Positions 25,465-40,185 of a DNA stretch of 64,000 bases are shown here, piece after piece (positions within the stretch are counted from its first letter, which is position 1; each line of letters opens with the position of its first letter). Under the pieces are notes generated by a model. It saw nothing but the letters and a program-made list of their open reading frames with translations, searched no databases and was not told the DNA's origin. Origin of the DNA: Octopus sinensis (Eukaryota); assembly GCF_006345805.1 (NCBI RefSeq), contig NC_042997.1, positions 124,062,001 through 124,126,000 on the forward strand. The letters are read 5' to 3'. The position numbers were made by a program, and so were the translations under genes.

Positions 25465-25790
25465 GTTTCAGCTAAGAGCTGTGGCCATGCTGGAGTACCG
25501 CCGTTTTACTACACTGTTATTACTGAGAGCCTTCTCTAATATATGGCACTTGGCGAAGGATGGAGTTTGATGTCGCTACCCTCATTTGCACCTCTTGCCG
25601 TGAGGTAGATTCATCTGGGACTCTCGACAGGAGGAGGTCCAGCTTTTATTTGAAAACACCTACATCCACTTTGTATAGGTCCCTCAGGCTCTTTGGGAGA
25701 ATATTAAAAAGCTGTGGTCCCCTGAATCCTAGAATGTTGCAGTAACTGATCCCGAAGGGAGATAGCATTACTGGGATTTTTGACACTGTG
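25465..25790 (-). mobile_element. 3' end of CR1/L2-group LINE
   Basis: Minus translation YCNILGFRGPQLFNILPKSLRDL, then 3' tail GGCGGTACTCCAGCATGGCCACAGCTCTTAGCTGAAAC. Confidence 0.65.
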
Positions 25791-27146
25791 TAGTGTCGAC
25801 CCTGTGTAGTGTAGTGTCGACTGCGTAGTGTCGACTCTGTTTTATAAATGTGAAGGCAAAAATGTTCAGCGTCTTTTGACCTAAGTGAAAAGGATATTTG
25901 ACTTAGTTAAAATATTCTTCAGATATCATAGCGTTTTTAACTAGAAAAATCAGCATTCTAATTTTGAATCATACCAGTAATCATACCAGTAGGATGTCAA
26001 TATTTCCATATACTTGAATTAGTTCAAAGAACAACAATAAAATTTTGTGATTCCTATCACATTGATAGAAAGTCGTTATTTGACATCACACCGGATAAAG
26101 CTTGCTGAAGTGTTATTTAAGATGCCGAAATATTTTCACAAATGACAACAATATGATGCGCTACAAACATGGATATATATTGTTGTGTGTTTGTTGTTTA
26201 TTCTTCTTCGATTCACTGAAATGTATACTTGAGAAATTCCACGAAAATGAAAGATAAATTAAATTGTCTATCTTAGACGTGAAATGACTCAAAATCATTT
26301 CTTCACATCCTATATTGACACAGCAATTTAATACTTTGTACATGCATTTCCCACTTCGCCGTGAATCGAACTTTATATTACATAACTGGTGTCATGCTCA
26401 AAACCTAAGAACGATGAAAATTAAACTTATATTTTACATATTCAAACTGAAGGATGCCTCTGATATGTATGTGTGTGTGTTTGCATGTGTGTGCTTGTCA
26501 ATTAATGTGTTAATAAATGCTTTATGAAAGTGTAATGTTTTGATGTATGTATTGGTTAAGTGCTTAAATAAAATATAGTTCAAACAAGTTCTTCATAAGG
26601 TGTTGATGCCAATCATGTGTTACATCATTTCATCGACCCTGTATTGTATTTAATGTTTCATTTCATATTCATTCTCAAATACCCAAAGGTGTATATCCAC
26701 GTAATTAATATTGTATTTTAATTAATTTCAATTAACAACACTTTTGCTAATTAATTCGTTTTCAGGAATATCATTTATGAATTATTCAGAAAAAGAAACA
26801 AGTAATTCAAAACAAGGAATTTGTTATACTTAAACACTTTGTTGTAAGTGAAGGAAAAGGGCAATTTTTATCTCAAAGACATTCAGTCAATTCGCTTCGA
26901 GTTGGATCTAAAACAAGTTCGACAATTCGAGTAACATAACAAGCAGAATGCAGTGCCGATTCTCTAAAATAACAGAATAATAGAAAATAATATTCACCAA
27001 AAACTGAAGCATTTTAATTATAACAAGGATTCATTATAAATGCCAGGCAATTCGTCATAATATATCCACCTTGTATCACAATTTTCCTAAGTTATTCGAA
27101 TTATGCTACCCTCTGAAAAGTCATAACTGTTTCCATCGCGTTATAT

Positions 27147-27375
27147 ACTCTTTACTCTCTTTTACATGTTTCAGTCATTTGACTGCGACCATGATAGAGC
27201 ACCGCCTTTAGTCGAGCAAATCGACCCCAGGACTTATTCTTTGTAAGCCTAGTACTTATTCTATCGTTCTCTTTTGCCGAACCGCTAAGTTACAGGGACA
27301 TGAAAACACCAGCATCTGTTTTCAAGTGATGTTGGGAGGACAAACACAGACACACAAACACACACACACACACAT

Positions 27376-27425
<50 letters not shown>

Positions 27426-27455
27426 GACAGGCTTCTTTCAGTATCCGTCTACCAA
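27147..27455 (-). mobile_element. 5'-truncated SINE family B
   Basis: TACTCTTT tail, GTTTCAGTCATTTGACTGCGACCATG, TTTTGCCGAACCGCTAAGTTAC and CA tract. Confidence 0.8.
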
Positions 27456-29302
27456 AGAATTTACTGGATTCTTTCACAAATCACTTAAATACATTGAAGC
27501 ATTTATTCAGCCGCATTTTCTTTTAATATTCTACAATTATGGTATAATATAGAATTCGTTTTCAAATCTCAATGCTGAGCCCTAAGTCAAAGAAATACCT
27601 AGTATTTTTTATCTACTATTGTTTATATTCTAATTTATACTTTATTTTAATCAATATTATTGAACTGCATACTCTTAAAACTAGATGACGTACGTTCCAA
27701 CAAATACAATTGTAGATTAGAACAGTATATATGTTATTAGTCTCATGATTAGCAGGACCATGTGCACAAAAAAATAAGATTCAAATTATTCGTTTATTGT
27801 TTTTATGCGTATCCAATCCACGCAGACAACAATGTTTACTAAAATGATATTCTGATTATTTATATTGGTAGCAGTTTTACAGGAGAGATTTAAGGAAGAC
27901 AGACAATTCAGCTGAGCCTCAGTACATTATTAGTACTTTTGTTATCATGAATCGATGAATGAAAATTATAATCACTGCACATTAATAAAAACATTCTCCA
28001 ATATATTGAATCCAACTTTTTGCTCTTATTCCAATACACCGTTCTATAAATGGACTGGATATTTATAACCAAAGAAAAGGTGTATTTTATCGATTAAGTA
28101 GTATAAATTTCAATGAGTTTATTTGATATGATGAGTAAAATGACCGAACGTTTGGGACACTTGCTCCTTTTGGGTGATACATAACATAGAGATTTTAAAA
28201 CTCAAAATCCCAGCCAGGCCTATGATTGAGAAATTAGTCGTTATAATACTTCTATGAGGAATGTTTTGACATGACTTAATCTCGATATAGATTACTAGGT
28301 GTGTTTCAGAGATCTCACTGTTTTACAAATACTGAGAGAAAATTTCAATAGAATGTTTTTTACCGTAATATGTGCGGTAGCCTAGTACCCTAGATTGCAT
28401 AGTCTCCTAGATATTTTTTGAAGGTTAAGACAGAAATGACTTAAAAAAGATATCCAAAGCGGTCCTCCGTGGAGTAGCACAAAGGTCACAAAATTTCTTA
28501 TACCATTTATTCTAATGTCTTACTGTTATACCATCAAGTAGAGTAGTTTCGAGCATCTTATCAATGCTAAGTATTAGAACTCTACTTTGCGAAAGGCGGA
28601 AACTAAGTCCATATTTGAACCTACATATCGTCTCCTCCTAACAACCACCTCAATATTGTCTTTCTTGGAAATTTTATTATGTTATCCACTAACTTTAAAC
28701 TAAACCTGTTGCTCGAATCTATATTTTGTGTGTTTTATTTTCTATTTGAATGGCGATTTATGCAACTAAATAGAATTCATTCAATCTGCCAATTATATAT
28801 CTCGCGAGGAGATTACTAAGAAGGATTATTAATTAGTTTGATTCATAGCCTATCTCTTTCGTGAATACCTTAAATTCATTTGTTGCCCCTAAAACTCCCC
28901 GACCAACAGCGATTGTTTCAATACTACTAAGAACATTTAATTTGTTATTCCTTTGGGTGTGAGTGGCTTCAAAGTACACAACTCAATATAAAACTTTTAC
29001 TCTAACTGCGCTGATGGCTTTTGCGCAGTAATGGACGCATTAGATATTTTTCGCCATTTGAAACAGTTCGCATCCTCTTATATTATGCATATTTCTTAAC
29101 CACAAACGGACATACCAAGCATGTTTTATTATATTCTACATTCCAGCAAAGAAACAACATTATCAATCGTCTTGTGTTCGTTGGACACTATCTAATAATC
29201 GTAACTCGCATCATATGCAACCCTATGCTCCTATGTAACGTTAATTTTACCATCTGAATTATTTGACATGTTGAGAGAGTTAATCCTTAAATCCTTAAAA
29301 AT

Positions 29303-29478
29303 GTATCAGCCCCAAAGCTGCGGCCATGCTGGGGCACCATCGTTGACTGAGCTACACTATTATGTGAAACCACCTCTGATACGTGGCACTTGGTCAACAA
29401 GGGAGTACGACGCCGCTGCCCACATCAGTGTTTCCTGCCGAAATGTAGGTTCATCTGGAACCCCTGACAATAGAATTT
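29303..29478 (-). mobile_element. 3' end of related CR1/L2-group LINE
   Basis: GCTGCGGCCATGCTGGGGCACC tail and GGTTCATCTGGAACCCC (VPDEP on minus), homologous to 25465-25630. Confidence 0.6.
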
Positions 29479-30269
29479 GACTGAATGCTCTGTCTCCTTA
29501 TTTATATATATATATTTATATATACTTTTCTAGTCCCTTACTCAGATATTCACTGCCTGCTCTATAGATTCGTCTCTTCTCAATAACATATCTCCGATGA
29601 TCTCTTATGACCACCTCACAGATATAATAACACCAGCTACAACTCTTCATTTCTTCCCAAAAGTGAAACTCTGTTTTGTGTTTCTTCTTTTGTTTCAGTG
29701 ACGAAATATGGGGAGCAGAGTGTATATCCACTTTGAAGATATCTCTGACAAGTGAAATTATCCTAATACAAGACACCACGTTTGATATTTTAAGAGAGTG
29801 TGTAGACAACTCTAAATTCACCAAAGTATCAGATGCTAAATCTAAAACGTACGCGATATTACCGTTCCGATAACAAATATCATTCAAACATTGACATCCA
29901 TTCGCTCAAGTTAATCAACAAACACAAAAATCCCCGCCATACTGCTGATATCTACAAAGCGGAAATTTTTTTCTTACCAGATGACTAACATACCAAATCA
30001 CGACATCTTTCTAATAAAAATCGCCATCCTTCACACGACTCCAAAGTGAATGTAGACAAGGAAATTATGCCCTAATTCACAAGTGACACACCACAGTACA
30101 TCTCATATAAGTTGCAGCATGAATTTCTCCATACAAGACATATCAATACGTTCAGAGTTCCGATGCGAAAAATTCTCCCTGGTTCTAACATTAAATAATC
30201 TGAAATAATTTGAAATTTAATGCAAATAGCCGGCAAAAAGTTTAATGGTCACGTCTGCCAATCTTTTAC

Positions 30270-30303
30270 TTCATTTCCCTCTCACTCTCTTTCTTTCTTT
30301 ATT

Positions 30304-30367
<64 letters not shown>

Positions 30368-30420
30368 TCATTCTTTCTTACCCTCTCTCTCTCTCTCTTT
30401 TGCTCTCTCACTCTCTTTCT
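30270..30420. repeat. (CTTT)n/(CT)n microsatellite
   Basis: Directly visible. Confidence 0.95.
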
Positions 30421-30630
30421 ATCAACTCTAATTTCTGTGCATAGTATTCAAGGTACCATAATTTTTTTAGGTCTTATTTTGTAATATCATGAATCAGTAG
30501 AATGAGTTTCTTGATCGGCAAAGCTTTCCTCAAACCATTATTCCATAGCTTTTGAGATATTCACAATCACATCGTTTTAATAATTCGTTAGTAGTAATGG
30601 GCAATTGTTCTCACGATTTACTATACGTTG

Positions 30631-30666
<36 letters not shown>

Positions 30667-30668
<2 letters not shown>

Positions 30669-31100
30669 GGGGGTGTCAGTTAAACACAAACCTCGAATCT
30701 GCTACATTCTATATAAATTCCCTACTGGGAATGACAAACATTAAGAGAATCTTATATTGCTTATAAATTTTACATTTGGATGGACTCATATTAAACCCTG
30801 TTGGACTTTTTGATTTTACTCAAAGGATATTGGAATAATACACATATATACCATTATGCCTATAAAACGGATTTATGAACTCAATAACCATACATATCTT
30901 ACATCTATTTTCTTTCCTCCACCTCACACTATATTTATATCACATCGAAGCTAACTATGACTTAACATTTCCTCTCACACCCTCTCCGATGAAGGATATT
31001 ATTATTAATTGATATTCTAGAAGCAGCTGTAAGACCTTGTATCTATAAATGCTCTAATATCTATACAGCCTCGTTCGTTTTTATCTCATTACGCAAAAAA

Positions 31101-31104
<4 letters not shown>
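30667..31104 (+). mobile_element. PLE pLTR-like element between two (TA)n tracts, with hammerhead variant at 30983-31034
   Basis: tct-CCGATGA-AGGATAT..ATATTCT-A-GAAG-CAGCTG-TA-aga. Confidence 0.55.
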
Positions 31105-31157
<53 letters not shown>

Positions 31158-31184
31158 TATATATATCATATATCATATCATAAG

Positions 31185-31443
31185 CTGTCACTATATAGAG
31201 TTTACCATCAGAATCAATGGCTGATCCAGCAAAATGTTAATGTGAAAATTATACAATAGTAAAGGTGGATTTGTCTTAACTACCAGCGACGATAAGTTTT
31301 AATCCCAAGCGAAATTTCCTTGCCAATATAGCACCTTCGCTCGTTGTGGGGCGGTTAACTCACCTTTTATTATATAAACTTGTATTATGTTTGTGGTTAT
31401 AAGAGGCACCCTCAGTCACTAGGAGTGACGACTTTTCCTTTTT
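31185..31443 (+). repeat. ~260-bp dispersed copy of the hammerhead-bearing (retrozyme-like) unit
   Basis: Highly similar to 33138-33393. HHR remnant at 31286-31332. Confidence 0.8.
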
Positions 31444-31654
31444 TAATGATAGATACAACAACGCCGAGATTACAAATTATACAACAGTAATTACTGGTAG
31501 ATTCCAAGACATTCCTTGTCGTGCAACAACATATCAGTATATTCAATTAAGGTGTCTGAGATGTTAATTCTAAAGCTTCTGTGATTATTCTTTTCACATT
31601 TGCGGAATTCTATAAAATATTGTAGTCATTTTTCTACCCAAACTTAATTTATAT

Positions 31655-32140
31655 CCTATATGAAGATAATATGGACGCCGCTAGGGCTCGAAAGATTAAC
31701 CGTTATGTAAACCTCCTCGAGGAATGTGAAGACGCAGGCTGGAAAGCAGAACATTTTCCAATTGAATTCAGATGTAGAAGGTTCGTTGGATACAGTGTGA
31801 GACGACTGTTGTTATCGTTAGGCTTAACTCATCGTAAAGTCAATACCACCATGACCGATAGCCAAACTACAGTGGAGAAGGCTAGCCACTAGATTTGGTT
31901 AAAAAGAGACGATGAGCGATGGCTAGAAGAATATTAAGCTTTATTTGATAACCAGCTGATCTAGCAAGCAGGGCCTCATATCAGTGAGGGGGGCCGGTGC
32001 GCATTGATGCCGTCGAGAGGTAGGCCCCGAAAAACCGCGCATTCTCTCCTGATGATCCCATACACTTGCTGGCTTCCTGTATGCGGAGTTTTTGACTGGT
32101 AGCACTTGCATGTGCAAGTTGTTTGCAAGACACCTACTAT
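31655..32140 (+). mobile_element. 3' end of HERO-like RLE non-LTR retrotransposon
   Basis: ARARKINRYVNLLEECEDAGWKAEHFPIEFRCRRFVG..LG..EKASH*IWLKR fits the HERO-type restriction-like endonuclease C-terminus; structured GC-rich 3' UTR. Confidence 0.75.
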
Positions 32141-32645
32141 AATGAATTGCGTTGGATTATTGTATTATTACATGTTCAATCGATGCGCTGTGGTAAGTGG
32201 ATATTCGATGTAATATGAAAATTAATACTTCCAAGTTTTCCCAGTATTTCGTATATTTTATTGGCTTTTCAGAGTACGTTCTGCAGTTTGGTACTTGTGT
32301 CCATTGAGAGGTGCTATTGTAATACAGCATTAACTTCGTGGTTAGATGTGATATATGACATGTTCCATTTGCACGTCATTTTTTTTATAGCTTCACCCAC
32401 TCTTATAAATACTCCAAGACTTGATTAGCTACGTCAAACACAATAGTACGGTAGTATCTCGTCGATTTTAAAGATATTTTTGATAAGGTTCGTTTTTTTT
32501 CAAGAAGAACCGAAACATGTAAAATCGCTAACAAAATAAAAATTTATCTTATATAGTGGTGTTTTCAAACTTCTTTTTTATAAATATATACCCACTCATA
32601 TACCACCTACACTTATTATATATATATATATCAATCATAACATAT

Positions 32646-32720
32646 GATATCATAACCTGTCACTATATAGATTTTACCATCAGAATCAATGGCTGATCCA
32701 GCAAAATGCTAATGTGAAAA
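32646..32720 (+). repeat. Partial copy of the retrozyme-like unit
   Basis: CTGTCACTATATAGA..ACCATCAGAATCAATGGCTGATCCAGCAAAATG.TAATGTGAAAA. Confidence 0.8.
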
Positions 32721-33137
32721 CGTTTAAAAAAGATCACTGCAACTCATTGTAATGTAGTAAACGATGGTGTTCTTATATAAATAATAATAGAATACAAACC
32801 TTACAAATGACTTAAACATGCCACCTGCGTAAAACAAAGGAAAGATGCCAGGCCTTACTCTTATAATTTTAACATAAGCTGTTGATCTTTTAAAACCTGC
32901 GGCATTTTGGGGGACGAACACACCTTGATTACAATCACAGTGTTCTGAAAGTTGCATGTGGGTATCTCAACATGTTTATGGAAAAAGGGATTTAGGAAAT
33001 CTCTCCTGTCAAACTAGTGAATGGTCAGACTAGAATCCTTAATAAACAGAGACTAAATAAGAACATAGTCATATCTTTTCATTCACATACACGCACGCAC
33101 ACACGTTCCATCGCTGATAATTAAGTCAAATCCAACC

Positions 33138-33606
33138 TGTCACTATATAAATTTCACCATCAGAATAAATGGCTGATCCAGCAAAATGTTAATGTGAAAA
33201 TTATACAATAGTAAAGGTGGATTTCACTTAACTATCAGCGACGATGAGTTTTAATCTCAAGCGAAATTTGCTTGCCAATATAGCATCTTCGCTCGTTGTG
33301 GGGCGGTTAACTCACCTTTTATTATAAAGACTTGAGCTACGTTTGTGATTATAAGAGGCACCCTCAGTCACTATTAGTCACGGCTTTTCCTTTTCGGTTT
33401 TATATTGCGTCTAGACATCTTTACTATTTTATAAATTTCCCATTTTGTTGAGTCAACCATGGATTTCATTGTAAAATCTACATACTGACAGGTTGGTTTT
33501 GTCTTAACTCTAAGTGAAGGAGTATTACTACTGATGAGCTTTAATTTCAAACGAAATTTGCATACAATTGAATTTTATCTTTTTGGTTTCAGATTGCGTC
33601 TAACCA
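33138..33606 (+). mobile_element. Tandem ~290-bp units with type I hammerhead (non-LTR retrozyme-like)
   Basis: HHR cores at 33242-33280 and 33531-33569, ~290 nt apart. TTTT(C/T)GGTTT..ATTGCGTCTA recurs at 33391 and 33580. Confidence 0.6.
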
Positions 33607-33631
33607 CCCTTATACATTTATGTATGTATGC

Positions 33632-33705
<74 letters not shown>

Positions 33706-33744
33706 ATATATATATATATATTATATATATATATATATATATAG

Positions 33745-33911
33745 TTAATTCAAACATGAAAGCACAAAAAATCACAACAATGCGAGAACGTGGAACAAAT
33801 ATAGTATTATTGGACGCTCTGGAAAGAAGGAAAGAAAGAGGGTTTAACGTTTCGAGCGGAGCTCTTCGTCGGAAACATAGGAGAAGGAAAGATCTAGAGA
33901 AGGGAAAAATT

Positions 33912-33912
<1 letters not shown>
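33745..33912 (-). mobile_element. PLE pLTR fragment with minimal hammerhead variant at 33842-33876
   Basis: Minus: gttt-CCGACGA-A-GAGC-TCC-GCTC-GAAA-CG-TT-aaac, with AACGTT palindrome. Lies between (TA)n and (AAT)n. Confidence 0.65.
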
Positions 33913-33977
<65 letters not shown>

Positions 33978-35074
33978 AATTAAGAAACATATGATTAAAA
34001 ACGAAAATGGCAACAACAATTGCAACAATGTGCTTTCCTATTAGTATGCACTGATCACATATTCAGAGGACAGAATTGTAGATGAAATAGTAGAGAATAT
34101 TAAAAATTATATTTTTGTTATCTTTAAAATATTCCCTATAAGTTATCTATGTAAAGCTAATCCCTGGCCCCTTCTGCTTTTCAGCAATAATTTACCAGGA
34201 TGTTCTATCTTGTGCATAAATAGAAAAAAATCTCACCTAACGAGAAAAATTTCATACTACAATAAAATATTTCATTTTAACCTTTGCTTGCGGATATTAA
34301 AACGGGTAAACATATAATTAAAAATAATTTGAAGCATGCGATTTACACAAAGATCTTTCGTTCCAAATAATAAATTTTTTCACTGCAGTAAACGGCAAAA
34401 TGTTGATTTTCTTTCAAAACCAAATTACAATTTTGCTATTCCTATTCACAACCTTGAATCTAAAAGAAATTATATGAGTTCCATTTTTATGTATTATCAT
34501 TTTTAATAAAAGAAAAACACTAAATGCTTATATTCAGAGAGGTTTTCTAGCAACAATACGTGCTTTAATTTGCAGTTGGTTTTTAAACTATTTCTCTGTT
34601 TAGTATTTGACATTCGAAATGCAAAACTAAAATTGAACAAGAAATGAAATGAAAAAAATTATTACATATAATATTTTATTTAAATATAACAGTAGTATAA
34701 AGGAAAATCGAAGACAAATGAAAAATAGTAAAGAAATTTGATTTTTACAATGTGAGAAAATAGGAATACAAACAAATATGATTTTTACGAATTTATTTAT
34801 CAACATTTTAATTTTTTTTCACTTTTTGTGATTTCTTGTATCTTTGGATTCATTTAATAACTACGAAGTCCGAAGGTAAAACGTGCAAAAAATAAAAGCC
34901 ACTTTGATTTATACAGTGCTTAAATTAAGGAAGAAAAACATAAAGGACCACTATCCCCTATGGAAAGTTAAAAAAAAAATATGCAACATTCATAAACAAA
35001 ACTTTTGTGTCAAAGACATCATATTCTCTCAGTATATATGTATATAGTTACCTCAACATAGATAAACGTGTTTA

Positions 35075-37620
<2,546 letters not shown>

Positions 37621-38906
37621 TACATTGTCACATAGAAACGTGTTACGTCCTTGCGTGTAATTCTGTATGTGTTCATGTGAATATATGCCTTTCATGCATT
37701 AAAGTAAGTATATTTTTCTTTATGTGTGTGAATGATTGTGTGTGTGTACCTGTATGTGTGTCTTTGAGTGTGTGTGAATGTGTGTTTGCATCTGTCAGAA
37801 TATGTGGTATGTATCTACATAATTCTTAGAATACCGTTGTGCAAATAAATTGATATATAAATGCTTGCTTTAATATACATGGACTCAACATTTTTAGTTT
37901 CTGTCAATAATACCTCTCAACTAGGTTTGGGATTGTGGACGTGTCGCTGTTCATGTAACGTTGAATCTTTGTCGCATGTATCCTGCATCCTTTACATCAC
38001 ATTATATATAATTATTTGCTTGCAATACGAAAAAAAAATATTTACACCCGACATTAACAATTGTGTTTATATCTGTTCTGCACCTCTACATATATATATA
38101 TATATATTAAGTATGTTTGTATTAAACCGCTGTGTGCGTATAACATTATGCTATAACCAGTATACCTAATATTACAGACAACAATGTGTATGAATACAAA
38201 TGTGAACATCATAATCATAATGATGTTTGATGCGTATTTCTGATGCATTGTCATGTCAATATTGAACACAAGAGGGCATATCCCTGCAGCAACATAACTC
38301 CAAGCCAAAAGTTATTTCAAACTCGAAGTATTATTTTTCCTTCTGAATGAAAAACAGAAAAAAATAACAAATTTTATTGTGTATCCAAATGCTGATGTCT
38401 AACTTTTTCAATACGGATTCTCTGCGATATAGTAGACTACGTATTCAAATATTTTAAGTTAAATCTTCTCGGAAATAATGATGCGCAGATGTCAAATTCA
38501 AAAGCGACCAGAAAAAAGAGATTTTTTTTTTGGTGGCCTTTGTTTCTGCGAATATTAGCGATATAAATTAAAGAAAATGTACAACAACTGTAATATACAC
38601 AGCATTGCAGCCGCGGCACACCTTCGTATCTACATTGTGGTTCTCGCAGAATGTAGCTATGATTCCGTAAAGGATTACAGAAGAAATATTGTATATATCT
38701 AAATAGATAAGTGATATTTATTCTTACTTTTACCCTTCTCTTAATTAACAATAGTTCTGTTATTATAACAGGTGTAAAAAGGTTAAGTGAAGGTATATAT
38801 GTTGTATGCTATGAGTGTGTAGAAAAAAAATATATATACATATATATATATTATATATATACATATATATATATAGACATATATATGTATATATGCATAT
38901 ATAATG

Positions 38907-38969
<63 letters not shown>

Positions 38970-39000
38970 GCATATATATATGTGTGTGTGTGTGTGTGTG

Positions 39001-39119
39001 TATAAACATGTATAAATATCTATATACTGATATATGTATTTATGTATATGTATATATATACATTCATATTCATCTACACATATATACTTGTATATATGTA
39101 TATGCATATATAAACATCT

Positions 39120-39178
<59 letters not shown>

Positions 39179-39291
39179 AACATGTATAAATATCTATATA
39201 CTGATATATGTATTTATGTATATGTATATATATACATTCATATTCATCTACACATATATACTTGTATATATGTATATGCATATATAAACAT

Positions 39292-39350
<59 letters not shown>
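39001..39350. repeat. Tandem duplication of a 174-bp microsatellite-derived unit
   Basis: TATAAACATGTATAAATATCTATATACTGATATATG.. starts at both 39001 and 39175. Confidence 0.9.
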
Positions 39351-39355
<5 letters not shown>

Positions 39356-40036
39356 CTATGTTTGTTTGGCAAAATCATGATAGCTACATCGTGAGTTAAT
39401 TTAAAGATAAGTATTTATGATGGCTCAGGTATCATTCGTGCCAAGTGTCGATGGAAAAGTAAAGCTTATTGACATTAAAGAGTAATTAATCATATTATAA
39501 GTCTGACCTTCACTTTCATTATGGACTTAAAGACCAGAGCGTTGTTGATCGCCCAGGTATATACTAATTGAATCATTGAAGTATATCTGTAATGGAAATG
39601 TGTACTGTTTTTATTGTCAGGGTAATGTTACTATATATCATGCCTTCTATTCATGAAAACCTTGAGAAAATATTTTTTATTAAAACATCAGAAGCGCTGG
39701 TTGACACTTGACATTTCTTTGTATTTGCTGCTTGTTTATTTCATTTTGTTTCTTTTGGGGTTTTATTTTATTTTCTGATTTTAAAGTTCGACATTTTTGG
39801 CTTAACAATTGGAAAGCCCACATATAATAAGAAAAAAATCCGCATGAAGATTTTCATGTAGGAACATTTATACACACAACACTCATATACGTGTATACAT
39901 ATCCATTTCTAATGGAGTTAAATTTTAAATTCAAAATTTATAGATTCAGACATGCTCTCACCGTCACGAACATATATACAGACAACCATGATGTATGATG
40001 TATACATAGAATATATTCTTATAAATACACGCATCC

Positions 40037-40101
<65 letters not shown>

Positions 40102-40140
40102 ATGTATATATATATATATGTATGTATACGTATATATATC

Positions 40141-40185
<45 letters not shown>

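Larger units (their letters stand above)
22077..32945 (+). pseudogene. Second decayed multi-exon cadherin-repeat gene
   Basis: TVKDVNHPGD (~22240); VGSKTSSTIRV..NAVPIL (~26900); DFKTQ..YD*EI..LT*LNLDID..FRDL..LRENF..FFTV (28190-28380); LKISLTSEIIL..KVSDAK..TVPITNI after a tttcAG acceptor (29698); NNAEITNY (~31457); YSYNFNI/AVDLLKPAAFWGTNT/ITITV (32855-32945). Confidence 0.5.
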
